Of a stretch of 64,000 bases of DNA, positions 13,465 through 27,190 are shown piece after piece. The notes under the pieces were generated by a model, which made no database searches, had not been told where the DNA came from, and worked only from the letters and a program-made list of their open reading frames with translations. Positions within the stretch are counted from its first letter, which is position 1; every line of letters begins with the position of its first letter. Source of the stretch: Octopus vulgaris (lineage: Eukaryota); contig OX597814.1 of NCBI GenBank assembly GCA_951406725.2, positions 98,518,001-98,582,000 of the forward strand, given 5' to 3'. Both the position numbers and the translations under genes were made by a program.

Positions 13465-13529
<65 letters not shown>

Positions 13530-14039
13530 GCGCTCACACAAGCGTGTAAATACACACACACATACACAGAGACACACAGACACACACAGTAAACTAAGGA
13601 TTTCAGATAGAATCTGGTACTTGAAAAGATATTCACTAGGTAGGATTGGATGAAGCTGTGGTTCCGGCCTATGTTTGGTAAGTATCAAATATGATATTCC
13701 GGCTGTGTACACAGAAAACCAAGCCAACGAGTATCTAGCGCTTAGGGTCTGGTCCAAAGCACACGTTACGTTGAATTGTACGTTGTAGATATATACAATG
13801 GTGTCCGACAAGTTGTAAATCCCCTCGATGTATTATACACAAATGGATAACAGATGATGGATAATTATCAGCTCATTACAACTGTTTCTTACGTATTTTT
13901 AACACAAGAATGAGAACATTACCTCATTACAAAAAACCGTAATCAGATGAAACGTAATTTTACAAACAACAGAATATCTCAAGAATACAGTAGGGATGTA
14001 GCAGAAGTCTGTCGAGGCTGACCATGAAATGGGAGAATG

Positions 14040-14296
14040 ACTGGATAGTTGTCATGGCATACGTTGATGAGACATCTAGAAGCATTTCGGAGAGACTAAA
14101 TGAAAATTTGAGACAATATGATGACAGAAAACAGTCCATACTCTACCAACATGCCAAAGACCAACATGGAGGCACACGGGGTCGATTTGACATCCGTATT
14201 TTATCCAAGCACCCGAAGGTCCCAATATTCAGAAAAATACAGGAGTACGTCCTCATAAATGAAACATCCCCTGCATTGAATAGGAGATATACGTAG
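14040..14296 (+). mobile_element. Penelope-like element GIY-YIG endonuclease remnant
   Basis: AYVDETSRSISERLNE..QSILYQHA..RKIQEYVLINETSPALNRR matches the YIGET.R....R..EH..S....H..R...E...I.....P.LN pattern. Confidence 0.75.
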
Positions 14297-15191
14297 AAGC
14301 TAGTGGTACCCCAATACTCACAGTTTACACTTACACAAGTAGATTTGTTAGTAGGCTGTTATGAAGACATGTGTCTGTATATATCCACTTCACACGCATA
14401 CACACAAGGACACATATGGAGACACACATCCATACATAACAGACGCACGTGCATAGTTACACAAACCCATACATATACGCACACTCAAACACGAACATAC
14501 AAGGAGACAGATGTATACACAAATACACACACACAGAAATACACACGCACACACACCCACACAAATACACACACACACAGATACACACGCACACATACAC
14601 CCACGCAAACACACAAACATGAACACACAAACACATGAAATCTCATGCAAAATACATACAAACGTATACACACGCATAGATATATATGCATACATACAAG
14701 TATGCATACATACATATGTGTATAAACATGCACACTTACGCACACACATGCTCGCAAACAAATAACCAGACAAAAAAGAACGCAGCTCCGATAACAGACA
14801 GAGTGAACGGCTATTGAAAAGGTTGCAAGAAGAGCGATAATTTTTAAAAATATAGATAAGTAAATAAGTGGAAATCGAAGCTATGATTGTGTTAACAAGG
14901 TATTAGAACAGAATGACTCTGCTCAGACACAATAAAGTATGCTTCAACACACAAATTCACATGAAGAATCTTGCAAACCAAATACAAAAACGAAATACAC
15001 ATACACACACACACATATGTCTATACATATATATATGTATATATATATAATATTTGTGTGTGTGGGTGGGTGGGTGCATGTGTGTATGTATGTATATGTA
15101 TATAACAATAATATTAGGGAGTATAACTCCAAACTTACAGGGAAAAACTCAATTAGTATTAGATCAAATTTCATAATATAAATACATAATA

Positions 15192-16418
15192 CGAGGGGCG
15201 TTCAATAAGTAATGCCTCTGACCCACTTGCAGTTGTTTGATCTAGCTGAAATTTTGCATGTGCACTTATTTATACCTCTATAGATTAAGTGGCGAATTAC
15301 AGCTCTGAGTCAAGTGTGAAATGGAGCCTGTTGAGTGTCGAGCAGTGATCTGGTTTTTGTATTTGAAAGGACGCACACCACGGGAGACTTTTGATGAAAT
15401 GAAAGTAACTTATGGTGATGATGCCCCATCATATAACCTTGTAAAACGCTGGCATTGTGAATTCAAACATAGTCGGAACTCTGTGGAAACAGCTCCCAGA
15501 TCTGGTCGCCTCCTTCTGCCGTTGATGAGACGTCTGTCCGTGAAGTTGAGGCTGCCATTTTGGAAGGTCAACGCATAACTATTCGCGAAATAGCCCATGA
15601 GGTCAAGTTTAGTACCGGGTCTGTGGAAACTATCATTCATGACCATTTGCATATGCAAAAGGTGTCTGCCAGATGGATTTCCAGGTTGCTCACACCTTTC
15701 CAGAAGCAAGAACTCGTTGAGTGCTCGAGGATGAATTTGGAGATGTGCCAAGAAGATGAGTCAAAACTTTTCAAAAGACTGATCACACAGGATAAAACCT
15801 GGGTCCATCACTATGATCCAGAGACCAAAGCCCAGTCAATGCAGTGGACACACCGTGACTCCTCCAAAGAAGGCAAGGGTGCAGCCCTCTGCTGGCAAGG
15901 TCATGCTCACAGTCTTCTGGGACCAGGACGGAGTACTGATGACAGATTTCCTGGCAAAGGGTACCACAATTACAGGAGCCTATTATGCTTCACTTTTGAG
16001 GAAATTAAGAGAAGCTATCAAAATCAAGAGGCGGGGCAAGATCAGCAAAGGCATCCTCCTCCTGCAGGACAACGCTCCGGTCCACAACTCGCGTGTTGCC
16101 AGATCAGAAGCACAGGCGTGCAGCTATGAACTCCTCCCCTTGCACCCTCTGATTTTCACCTCTTCCCAGCCATGAAGTTGATTTTGAAAGGAAAGCGTTT
16201 CCCAGATGATGCAGCCTTGATTTCTGAAGTCACGTCGTGGTTGGAGGACCAAGCTGGGGTCTTCTACAAAAACGGTCTCCAGAGCTGTATCAAACGATGG
16301 CAGAAATGCATAACTCTGGGTAGTTCCTATGTAGCAAAAGACTAATAACTGTACCAAGTGTCGTTGCTCTACCCCTATGGGAAGTGGGTCAGGGGCATTA
16401 CTTATTGAACGCCCCTCG
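15192..16418 (+). mobile_element. Near full-length mariner transposon with a frameshifted transposase
   Basis: TIRs cgaggggcgttcaataagtaatgcc(t/c)ctgacccactt at both ends, flanked by TA. The transposase from 15321 to about 16345 is split over ORFs 15321/15560/15813, with ARWISRLL, ITQDKTWVHHYDPETK and QDNAPVH. The YSPDL region is partly deleted before LAPSDFHLF. Confidence 0.96.
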
Positions 16419-16747
16419 TATATATAAATTAGCGAAAAACCACTATTATGTAATTCAAATAATGATAGACATAAACCATATCATAAATAGAAAATAAAAT
16501 ATATGATAAAACATTTATCTAGATCACAAAAAGTACATAATAATAAATAAACAGTATATAATAAGTAAAAAGACATACTAGATATATATGCATACATACA
16601 AGCATGCATACATACAAGCATGCATGCATGCATGCATGCATACATACATACATACATACATACATACATACATACATACATACATACATACATACATACA
16701 TGTGTGTATACACATGCACACTGGCGCACACAAAATAGTAGTTTTTC

Positions 16748-16782
<35 letters not shown>

Positions 16783-17263
16783 TGAGAAAGTTGGTATGTG
16801 AAAGCACGTGGTTGAATATATAGAAAATAGTAAAAAGTGAAAAAACTACAGAAGGCTTGTTTTAGAAGGTTAAAAAATATATATTTGAGTCAATATGTCT
16901 GAAGGATGTTATAAATTTTTTTCCTACAATGACATAATTTTTGAAGAAATGACCGGTTTCGCGTTCAGCTTTTCAAATTTCTTACATCGTTATGTTTACG
17001 TTGAGAAGAGTTATCGTTATGTCTATGTTGAGAAGAGTTCCTAAATTTAATTTGGGATTTTATGGGAGCAACTGTCTTCGAAGACTCATATTGTCGTTGA
17101 AGGTTCGAAAGGAGGAGCAGATAGACAACCGGTAACTAATGAGGGGTCATTCTCTGTTACTTGTCCTGTTTAGCATTTCTTGTCTCGTTGCTTGCGCATT
17201 TAACTCGTTGTTTTCGAACTTCATGTTGTTTACACTACTGGTGATGTCCTGTACCCATATATG

Positions 17264-17330
<67 letters not shown>

Positions 17331-17559
17331 CTGTGTGTGTATGTATATGTATATATGTATGTATGCATATATATATATATATATATCTATGTATGTATAT
17401 ATGTATGTATATATATATATATGTATGTATATATGTATGTATGTATATGTATATATATGTTTGTGTATATATATGTATGTATGTATGTATATATATGTAT
17501 GTATGTATGTATATATATATATGCATGCATATATATATATATATATATGTATATATATG

Positions 17560-17598
<39 letters not shown>

Positions 17599-18353
17599 AT
17601 AAATATATATATATATATATCGGAACAAGCATTGTTCATTTTGAATGAGGCTATCATGGTTCTTCATCACTAAGAAGACCAAATCAGCTTGCAAACTCTT
17701 GTGTGACGCTCTGTCGGCGTTCTGGATGTAGTTCTATGTCGATGATTTATTCTGTCTCTGAAATAAAATAGAGCTAGTGCAGTTTCATGTTTTCATATAC
17801 AGTACATATGTTGTACACACAGGTATTGTAATCTATATGTGTATGGTCAGAGAGACAGAGCACTACAGTAAAACTAAATTGATTAGATATTGAACAAATT
17901 TTACGCTATGTAGGGCATTTTGTATATATGTATGTATTCACCAGTACCGAAAAATAAGGACGATATCCTTAACATTATTTCATTCAGTTAAGTTAGTTAA
18001 TAGTTAATGGGAAGTTTTGAGCTTGTTTTATTGATTTGGTGGGAACGCAGTATATTTGTTAATTAGATTAGATTTACTTTTAAATATTTCTAGTTATTGT
18101 ATAGAACAAAGGTTATAGCAACTTCTGCCTTTGTCTGAAAGCACAATATGTTTTATTGCCCACAATATTGTGTAACGAATATTAATCGTTTCGAGGTTAT
18201 TTAGAACCTCAATGAAATAAGGTTAGAGACAGCGTAAGAAAGACTATGTAGTAATACACTGCTACCTCTTTGAAACCTTTTGCTTCTATTCCTACCTACT
18301 TATCTCGCCTTTTATAGAATATACACATAAATTAAACGGTTTCTAGCCTATCC

Positions 18354-18434
18354 TTGGGGGCCTGGCTGTTTGGGGCCCTGGCTCTTTATCACTTGGGACC
18401 TTGGCTGCTTATTATTTGGGGCCCTGGCTCTTTA
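18354..18434. repeat. Short degenerate minisatellite, 4 x ttggggccctggct
   Basis: Four GC-rich units separated by short AT-rich spacers. Confidence 0.7.
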
Positions 18435-19099
18435 CAATAGATTTAGCGTTAACAATCTAGAGTCTTTTATCGAGTGAATTTCTGCTTGCGTAACAATCTA
18501 TTGTTTTATGCTTTATTGCTTCTATACTCTTCTCGTCTTTAAATAGAATAAAATGCTAGCTATGAAAAACTATACCTTGTTCGGTGTTACAACCGTAACT
18601 TAAACCTGAAGAAAACTTAAAAGAACTTTCATTTAATATCGTACGGCTTTACGATGATTGATGTATATGATATATAGATGGCCATTGTAATTTAAAACTA
18701 CCTCATTTGTGTTCACTGGATCTTTGTTCAGCCGTACGAATATCTGTAACATTAGTGAGTGCTTCTTATATTGATGGTGACGAAATCTTATTTAAGAGAT
18801 ATCACCTTGGGGTAAATACCGCAATAGCTGGCGTGTCAACGGTGTATACGCATTAAGTATGAGACCCATATGTATACACGAGTATGTGCGCGCGCGAGCG
18901 TGTTTCCGGGTATAGGCTAACCGACAAAGAGAACGATACAACTATTGGTTAAGCAGTGTCGCATTACGGGGTCAGTGCACAACGTCCCAAAACAAAGAAA
19001 CCCAACTGTTCGAACATCGGATAAATTTGTGCAGCAGTCTCACATAAGCAGGATGTCACGCCAACAGCTGTTGAAAATTTTAAAGTTAGGCCATATTAT

Positions 19100-19980
19100 T
19101 TCACAAGTTTAAGTAGATGGCAAGAGAAAACGAGTAAATTATTGCTCATGGTTCTTTTGAATAGCATTGTTAATGGTGAACTACACCCATTCCGGTGCGA
19201 AAATGAGTGACGAGGCATGACTTCATCCCTCCGGTCACGTACATTCTCAAAACACATGGTACAGGACGCTGGAGAATCCTTACCTTCTTGGAATAGAAGA
19301 TCCAATTGCCTTTTGAAAACACCTCCATCCACACTATATAAATTTCTAAAGGCTTTCGGTAGGATATTGAAAGCTGTAAGCGTTAGAACTCTAAGCTAAT
19401 GCAGTAACTGGTCTTTGTAGAGGATGGAATCTTTGGTGCTATATTGTGCTTGCCATATTCGTGGATTAGTGTAGCTTTCACTGCCAACATTTGATGCACT
19501 ATCTTCCAGAATCTTCCAGACATTTACATATCTTTCCTGTCTATGTTGTAGGAAGTAGAGTGTTAGTCTTTTCAACCTTGCTCAATATTTCGTTGAAGCA
19601 ATCTTCTTTGTATAGCGTCGCTGAATAGGTTCAGTTTTCGCCATTAATTCACGCTATGTGGTGATCATAATTGGGAATAACAATTTAGACGACTGAGAAT
19701 AAATAACCACATAGAAACATCATGGCTTCCGTCCTCTTTTCCCGAACATTCTTTGAATCTTTCTGGCTACCCGTCTATATTTCATTGTCATCTTAGTAAT
19801 ATGCATATGAAAAGCTGCACCATTGCTCGTGCTAATGTCCAAGTCATGTACTAATTGTTGCTGTAGGACTGTAACCCTCCTTCTTTCAAGGTATTATATC
19901 TGCATTGCATTTAATTTTTGCAAGCTGATACAAGATGGTTTGCAATTTTTCAGTATTAAAATGTTATTTTCTTCAACTCA
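19100..19980 (-). mobile_element. Old CR1-group LINE ORF2 3' remnant
   Basis: Minus strand gives RLKRLTLYFLQHRQERY and GVFKRQLDLL, homologous to [17 protein letters not shown] and FKKSLDRFL of the 35457-36878 element. Many stops. Confidence 0.7.
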
Positions 19981-19991
19981 CTTATATATAC

Positions 19992-20046
<55 letters not shown>

Positions 20047-20374
20047 TGAGTTGTGTGTGTGTATGTATATATGTATGTATATATATATATGTATGTATAT
20101 AAATATATATATCATTTAACTCATGTTGCGGATTTGTACGAATGTATGTCTGTAGGGATATGTGCGTGAGTGTGTGTGCGTGCGTGTGCGTCTGTGCGTG
20201 TGCGATTATGTGTGTATGTGTTTTCATGTCTATAAGTATGCATATATGTATGTAAGCTTGTATATATGTATATATGTGTGCGTGTGTATGTGTGTGTATG
20301 CGTACGTGTGTATGCCTATACATATAAATACCTTAATTTTGTAATATTAATTCATTCTATATTCTTAATTCTAG

Positions 20375-20467
20375 ATGCATATTGTACACGTGAACCCAAA
20401 ATACCATAATGCATCTGTGGCCCTAACGAAACCCGATGGTTTAGCTGTTCTTGGTTTCTTTTTCAAG
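20375..20467 (+). CDS. Alpha-carbonic anhydrase exon
   Basis: ctag|ATG..AAG|gttag, phase 0-0. Encodes MHIVHVNPKYHNASVALTKPDGLAVLGFFFK (third Zn-ligand His in E-MHIVH; DGLAVLG motif). Confidence 0.95.
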
Positions 20468-20565
20468 GTTAGTTTTTACAAAATTCATAAATGCTAATGT
20501 TTTTGATTTTAGTAGCAAGTGATACTTTATGAAATAGCTAAAACAAACACCTTTTGTTGTTACAG

Positions 20566-20623
20566 ATTGGAGATGAAAATCCTCAATTAAAGACAATCAT
20601 ACCATACGTTGGCAACGTTACGA
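20566..20623 (+). CDS. Alpha-carbonic anhydrase exon
   Basis: tacag|ATT..ACG A|gtgagt. Encodes IGDENPQLKTIIPYVGNVT; phases join the neighbouring exons in frame. Confidence 0.88.
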
Positions 20624-20633
20624 GTGAGTATTG

Positions 20634-20698
<65 letters not shown>

Positions 20699-21516
20699 AA
20701 GAATATGTTATATCTACATTTTATTCCGCTTATATTGAGGAGTTATCGTCTTTATAAACGGGCATATGTACAACCCATTGGTCAAATAAGGAAGAATGTA
20801 TGGCGCGTGAAAGAACCATGAATCATACGTGGACCTGGAAAACACTGGAATGGCACAGTATTACACAAAACGTCTGATTGCACATCGGTTTTCGTGATAA
20901 AGTAGAATAGTTTGTTGATTTCCTACATGAATTTTACTAAACATTTGCAAAATGGTGTGTGTGTGTTGTTCTTAGCCTGTAGTAATTTTCAACCAAGAGG
21001 ACAAAGTTGTTCGTAGTTTAGTGCAAGTTAAGACATGTGTTACAAAAATTAGAAAAATATTTCAAACGGGTTTACTTCTTAAATTTCTGTAAATGATCAG
21101 TTTTGCCTTTTACTTTATACGTGATGCTGAGTTATTAAGGACCCTCACTTACCACAAGAGGGTGTATTTTTTGGCTATTTACGAGTAGATATTTTTAAGA
21201 AATCACTCCGATTTGAACCAGTTGTACGTAGCACTCTTAAGTAAAAATATGACTATCAGTTAAGTAGAATTATGTAGAACTATCAATCAGTTAAAATTAC
21301 ATCAAGATAACAGTATATTTTAAACACCAGTTATATATACAAAAAGAAAACTTGTTTTGTGTGTGTATTTGTTTGCTAAACCTCACAACCCTAGATGAAG
21401 CAAAGTACGGAACCTATTGAGAAATGTCAGCACATTTTACATGTATTTGTTGAAAATAATGCATTTAAAACTCCTTTGGTTTGTAGAATATATAAATTCA
21501 TACTTTACTTTCTTAG

Positions 21517-21680
21517 GTTCGGGAAAGAATATTAAAAGTTTCGATCTGAAGGGCTTGATTTCAGAGGCAACTAAGTCTGACAAATATTTCCGATACAGTG
21601 GAAGCCTTACAACTCCTCCTTGCTCTGAAGCAGTCATATGGACCGTTTATGAAATGCCACTCAAAATATCTGAGAAGCAG
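21517..21680 (+). CDS. Alpha-carbonic anhydrase exon
   Basis: cttag|GT..CAG|gtaag. Encodes [47 protein letters not shown] (GSLTTPPC motif). Confidence 0.96.
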
Positions 21681-22704
21681 GTAAGCCAACTAAAATCACA
21701 AACAATTTTGCCAATGGATATTTTACTTAATGATTTATGACTGTAGCTGCAGATTGATGCTGCAAGAGAGCTACTCAATTTGGTGTGCTATCTTAATCCT
21801 GTAGCATTTAAACTGGCCATATCCGGCTCAAATATTTTAGCTGTTTTATGTTGAAACTGGTCAGATCACATCTATTCTATAGTGTCATTCTAAAAATAAG
21901 AAGTCTCGTCATTGAGATTATGAAGCTAAAAGATAATGTATGATTTAGTTTGAATAGCATGAGTAATCCGAATGCTAATGGGTTAATTTTAGAAAAATGA
22001 CTTAAAATTTCAAAAGCAAAAAAATCCACAGTAATGTAAAATAATCTAAAGCAGCATGATAAAAAGAGCAGCCAACAATAGATAATTACCTTTCTTTCAT
22101 AAGGCTATTGTCAATTGTTCATATTGCAGATTACTTTTTGGATCAGCTGAGTTCACTTAAGAAATTATTTATATCTCGAAAAGTAGTTTAAGGATATAAT
22201 ATTTTAGGTTCAGTTTGTAAATCCTATCATATTTATAGAAACAATCCAATTAAAATATTGATACAAGTAACTGGACATGCTATTTACATAAATAAGATAA
22301 TTTATGTAAATAGCATGTCCAAGTGTACTGATCTTTGTACATCTATCTACAGCATCTTATGGAATGAATCTAGAACTAGTTTATATAAACGCATTTAATT
22401 TTTAAAAGAGAGCACATAAGCAGCACCCAGATCACTAATTTGAATCGTTGTTTTTTCCCTTATAGGTAGACAGGACTCCTGTAATAGACACTGGTGTGAG
22501 TGTAAATAAACAGTGTAAATAAACTAGAGACAATAATTATAGACAAGCAGATATTCTTCAGTCGAGGATGTTATCACTTTAAATTCGATACGAAAGGAAA
22601 GGATTAATTAGTTAATTGCATAATGTTTTCCACCATTCTCAAAATTAACTTAAATTACAGTAACATTAATATTTATAAACATTCTCTCTTGTAATATTTT
22701 GCAG

Positions 22705-22881
22705 CTGAACGTTTTTTGGAGTGCTGAAGATGGTCATGGAAAGAGAATAACAAATTATCGACCAGTTCAGTCATTAAATGGAAGAAAAGTCTTTAAGAAC
22801 AGCCCTGGCTCTGGCTCTGGTATGACTAAAGCATTCTCAGTATTGGTTGTCTTTTCCGTTGTTTTATCCTATCTTAGTTAA
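22705..22881 (+). CDS. Alpha-carbonic anhydrase last coding exon, with GPI-anchor-like C-terminus
   Basis: gcag|CTG..TAA. Encodes LNVFWSAEDGHGKRITNYRPVQSLNGRKVFKNSPGSGSGMTKAFSVLVVFSVVLSYLS*: NYRPVQ.LNGR motif, small-residue spacer, hydrophobic tail and no cytoplasmic segment. Confidence 0.93.
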   Translation: MNVFWSAEDGHGKRITNYRPVQSLNGRKVFKNSPGSGSGMTKAFSVLVVFSVVLSYLS

Positions 22882-24575
22882 TTAACTAATGTTGTTTACA
22901 TTACATTTTATATTTTATGATATAATTTTATAATATAATTTTCTAAAGAGAATTTAGAGCTATAAGTATGTTCGTTTATATAAATATATATTCTAAACAA
23001 TATACGAAAATGTATTTACAAAATACTAAAATGCGTTATTATTATTCTCAGCAACGTTTGTCCCACCGAACAATAAAGAAAGTTTTCAGTATTAGTTCCT
23101 GTTCAAAACTAATGAAGGTCACAAGACCGAAATTAGTTATGGCTCTAAATGACTTTCACCAATCAATTGGCACTGAAATTAGTTGTCAACGTTTCAGGCA
23201 GTATTGTTTTGATTTATGAATTCTCACAATTTTTAGACCGGCTTGATTTGAAACCACAATGTAACACAATGAATAAAAATATTATTCTAACAGTAATTAA
23301 CAGAACCAATTCCCCTTCATGCTATATGCATGTAGGTTCTGTCGAAATGCAAATTTCAAGCGATGGTTCTCTGCAAAACATTGGTTGTTACTAAAATTAA
23401 TCATTTACAGGAAATTAAAAAAATGGGATGAAATCATAGACAATATTTACAAGAGCGATTGCCTTAAGAAAGATTCATTGTTCTCCATAATTAGCATTTA
23501 CTTAGATGTTTCATTAAACAGAGCGATTATAAATAATTTCACCAGAAAGGTCTTTATTTTTATTGCTGATTTTTTAAAATCCCTTGGAACTAAATAAATA
23601 TGTTGGTATGTTCTTTTTAATGGTGCAGTTTTAGTTTCAAAAATTAAATTGAAACGTACTGCTTAAGAATAAGAAAAGCCCTACAATTCTGTATTACTAA
23701 TATTTATTCCGTTTAAAAAAATATATATACAGTGTTTTTTTTTTTACTTTATAACAATTTTCTCATCTTTATTTTTTACTCTTTAATTTTAAAGTTTTTT
23801 ACGAACATTTGAAAAATAAATTTTTTAAAAATATAAATTGATGTCACTTGTACTTTTTCATATTAGTTTTAAACCTAACGAGCTTTAAAATATTGATATG
23901 TTCTTTAGTTTCTTTTAGCTAAGATGACCAAGGCCATTTTAAGACACTGCTTTTCATGTTGCATATTAGACACTCTTCACAAACATAAATTTTACCTAGT
24001 TTAAAACTGAGATGGAAATAGCTGAAATATTTTTCGCAATATTTAACATGTTGCCTCTATTATTTGATTAATAAAAATATTGCTGTTTTTCTTTCAAGGT
24101 TAAAGCGTATCAGTCTAACAGTGAGTATTTCTGCATGAAAATAATGTTTATTTCAAAGGTTTAAGAGGTCATTATTATATACGTGGCAAAATTATGGGTT
24201 ACTTTTGGTTCTTTTTTTTCCGTACTTCATTTTCACCTCGTTATCATCAAATAATTATATATAATTATTTCTTAGGTGAAACTTTACAAATTGGTCTTTC
24301 GAATTTCACAAATTTGAGATAAATATAGGAATGGATATCTTGAATTTCTTCATGTAAGATTTAGCAAAATAAACTCTAAGCTAGAAATATGGAGTGTTGT
24401 GCTAACATTGTTGGCAACGAAAGAGTTATTTTAGCAGTTTAAGAACGCTTAATACTCTCTCTCTCACCAACACACACACATACATACGCATAGGCACACA
24501 CACAGAGGTACACACACACGTACACACACGCACGCGCGCACACACACACACGCACACACACACACATACACATAT

Positions 24576-24796
24576 ATTTCTTTACTACCCACAAGGGGCT
24601 AAACACAGACGGGACAAACAAGGACAGACAAACGGATTAAGTCGATTATATCGACCCAGTGTGTAACTGGTACTTAATTTATCGACCCCGAAAGGATGAA
24701 AGGCAAAGTCGACCTCGGCGGAATTTGAACTCGGAACGTGACGACAGACGAAATACAGCTACGCATTTCGCCCAGCGTGCTAACGGTTCTGCCAGC
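24576..24796 (-). mobile_element. SINE family B with tail type 1
   Basis: Minus strand gctggcagaaccgttagcacg..gagttcaaattccgccgaggtcgactttgcctttcatcctttcggggtcga..gccccttgtgggtagtaaagaaat. Multiple copies in the window. Confidence 0.85.
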
Positions 24797-25092
24797 ACAC
24801 ACATACACATAGGTACACACACCCACAGAGGCACACACACACGTACACACGCGCATGCACACACACATACACACACGCACATATCCACCGAGTTCCCAGA
24901 TACAACAGTTGGATTTGTAATATTTTTCCACAACCTCTTCAATTCTCTACATCATTTGTATACTAAATCGGGCCATTTTATATAAAACTTTTGAATTTCA
25001 GGTACTTAATATACTTTATATATTGAGCTTTCAAAAGGTCGTATGTATTGTTGTTGTATTGTTGTTGTTGCTGTTTGTTGTTGTTGCTGTTT

Positions 25093-25392
25093 GTTGTCAC
25101 CGCTCCTGTTCCTCGTCGTGCTGGACTGGGTCACCAGGACGGCCTACGCTACCTCCGGGAAAGGTTTTCAGTGGACACTGATGAACAAGCTGGAGGACTT
25201 GGACTACGCAGATGATCTCGCGCTACTGTCACATCGCCTGCAAGACATGCAAGATAAGGTAGACCACCTGACAGAAACTTCACGGCGAGTGGGCTTGAGG
25301 ATCAGCCGGGAAAAGACAAAAGTGCTGCGTATCAACAACAAGCAGGAAGAGCCAATCACAATCGATGGGGCACCTGTAGAGGACGTTAAAGA
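25093..25392 (+). mobile_element. RTE-clade reverse transcriptase internal fragment
   Basis: LSPLLFLVVLDWVTR..QWT..LEDLDYADDLALLSH..MQDK..RVGLRISREKTKVLRIN, open reading frame, lying between (GTT)n and (TA)n. Confidence 0.9.
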
Positions 25393-25407
25393 TAAACACA
25401 TCAACAC

Positions 25408-25501
<94 letters not shown>

Positions 25502-25503
<2 letters not shown>

Positions 25504-26765
25504 GTTCTTTATTACCCACACAAGGCTTCTCACAGACGGGACAAATTACAAAGTAGAGCTTTTCTTGGTGGGGGGGGGGGGGTAGGCTTTCGATCAAAAG
25601 GGGTCGTAAAAGCAAAGAAAAAAACGATCAATAGGGATCGTGTATCACAGAAATGTCATGATGCAAAGTGCAAAAGGGGAAGCAGATAAGGTTTATCCGT
25701 GGAAAGAAAAGCCTACGGAAAAGACCACGGTAACCTCGGTCAATAATGTCACATGTTAACACATTTATTTGCAAGTTGGTAACTCTCTATTTAAAATTTT
25801 TCCAGGTTCATAGGATTATGCTCAAGGTGGCTTCGTCATTCATACGTGCCATCCTTGCTACATTCACCCATCTTTTTTTGAAACATTCGCTAAACAAAAC
25901 TTGCCTCTCTCCTCTCACTTTCCTTTTCAAGTGATACTTGAAGAAGTTGATGAGAGATTGACCAGAGAGGAAAGTGCTTATCTCCAATCCTTTCAGACGC
26001 GTCCACCAGATACATTCTTTCGCCATAGTATGTTGAAAATAGCTCTTCCCGTTTGAAGGAAGGAGGCGTGATGATATTGACGATAGACGGCTGATAAACC
26101 GACACGTCCCACACTTGACAGCCGTCGTTCGACATAAGCCCACAGGTCGGAAATGGTTGGACACTGCACGAGTGCGTGCAGAACAGTTTCGTCGCTCTGA
26201 CCACATCTCGGGCAGGCCGGCCCCGTGTTTCTCGAGCCGTGTCTGTAGAGCTTATCCCGAACGGGTAGCACTTCTCGGTTGCACTGCCAGGCCAGGGATC
26301 TCTGGAAGTTGTCCATGGGTCCTGGCCCGAAAGTCGTCTTGAACAGGCGGATCAGGTATTCCTCGTCGACGTCCATGTTCGCCCCGAGCTCGTCGTCGTA
26401 CCTCCCCTCCACTAATCCCCTATAGAATGCTTTGGTTGTGTTGAAGTCGCTCAAGGTCGACCCGGGACGGCATAGTTGCTTGAGAACAACGCGACACTCG
26501 CGATGCCATTCGCCCTTCCTCGGTCTCTTTTTGATCCATGACTGCAGTTCGGTCATAAAGACGAGTTGCGGGAAAGCGTGCCTCACAAACGGTGACCACA
26601 TCTGTTCACCGTCGTCTACGTAGAGCCGGAGATGTCGCAGTCTCAGCGCGTGACTGTGCATCATCAACCACGGCATGACCAGTCCTCCTTTTAACGGGTG
26701 TTGACAGCACATGGATCGCCTGACCATCGGGGCGCATCCTTTCCACAAGAAGTGGAAGAGAATGC
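25502..26765 (-). mobile_element. Tx1/L1-clade LINE, 5'-truncated (ORF2 C-terminus and 3' UTR)
   Basis: FLWKG..HPLKGGLVMP..LPVRDKL..CPRCGQSDETVLHALVQCP (zf-RVT-type CCHC). GC-rich; the 3' end aataaagaacatt abuts (GATA)n. Confidence 0.85.
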
Positions 26766-26895
26766 GGGGCTTCTTTCAGCTTCTGTGTACCGAATCCACT
26801 CACAACGCTTTGGTCGACCTGAGGTAATAATAGAAGACACCTGCCCAAGTAGCTACGCAGTGTGACCGAACCATGAGAGAGAGAGAGAGAGAAAC

Positions 26896-26964
<69 letters not shown>

Positions 26965-27127
26965 TGTGCAGGCGTGGCTGTATGATAAGAAGCTTGCCTC
27001 CCGACCACATGGTTACGAGTTCAGTCCCGTGCGTGGCGCCTTCGGCAAGTGTCTTCTATATAGCCTCAGACGGACCGAAGCCTTGTTAGTCGATGGTAGA
27101 AAGAAACTGATAATAATCCCGTCGTGT
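26766..27127. mobile_element. Two partial SINE family A copies in opposite orientation around a (GATA)n tract
   Basis: 26766-26873 matches family A on the minus strand; 26966-27127 matches the family A head on the plus strand. Confidence 0.7.
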
Positions 27128-27130
27128 TAA

Positions 27131-27189
<59 letters not shown>

Positions 27190-27190
27190 T

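Noticed and set aside
17139-17694. Many long YI/CV/HT-rich ORFs (also 719-949, 2404-2965, 14303-14773, 35134-35477, 36822-37500, 42350-42769 and others)
   Set aside because: Translations of (TA)n, (TG)n and (TATG)n microsatellites that lack stop codons.
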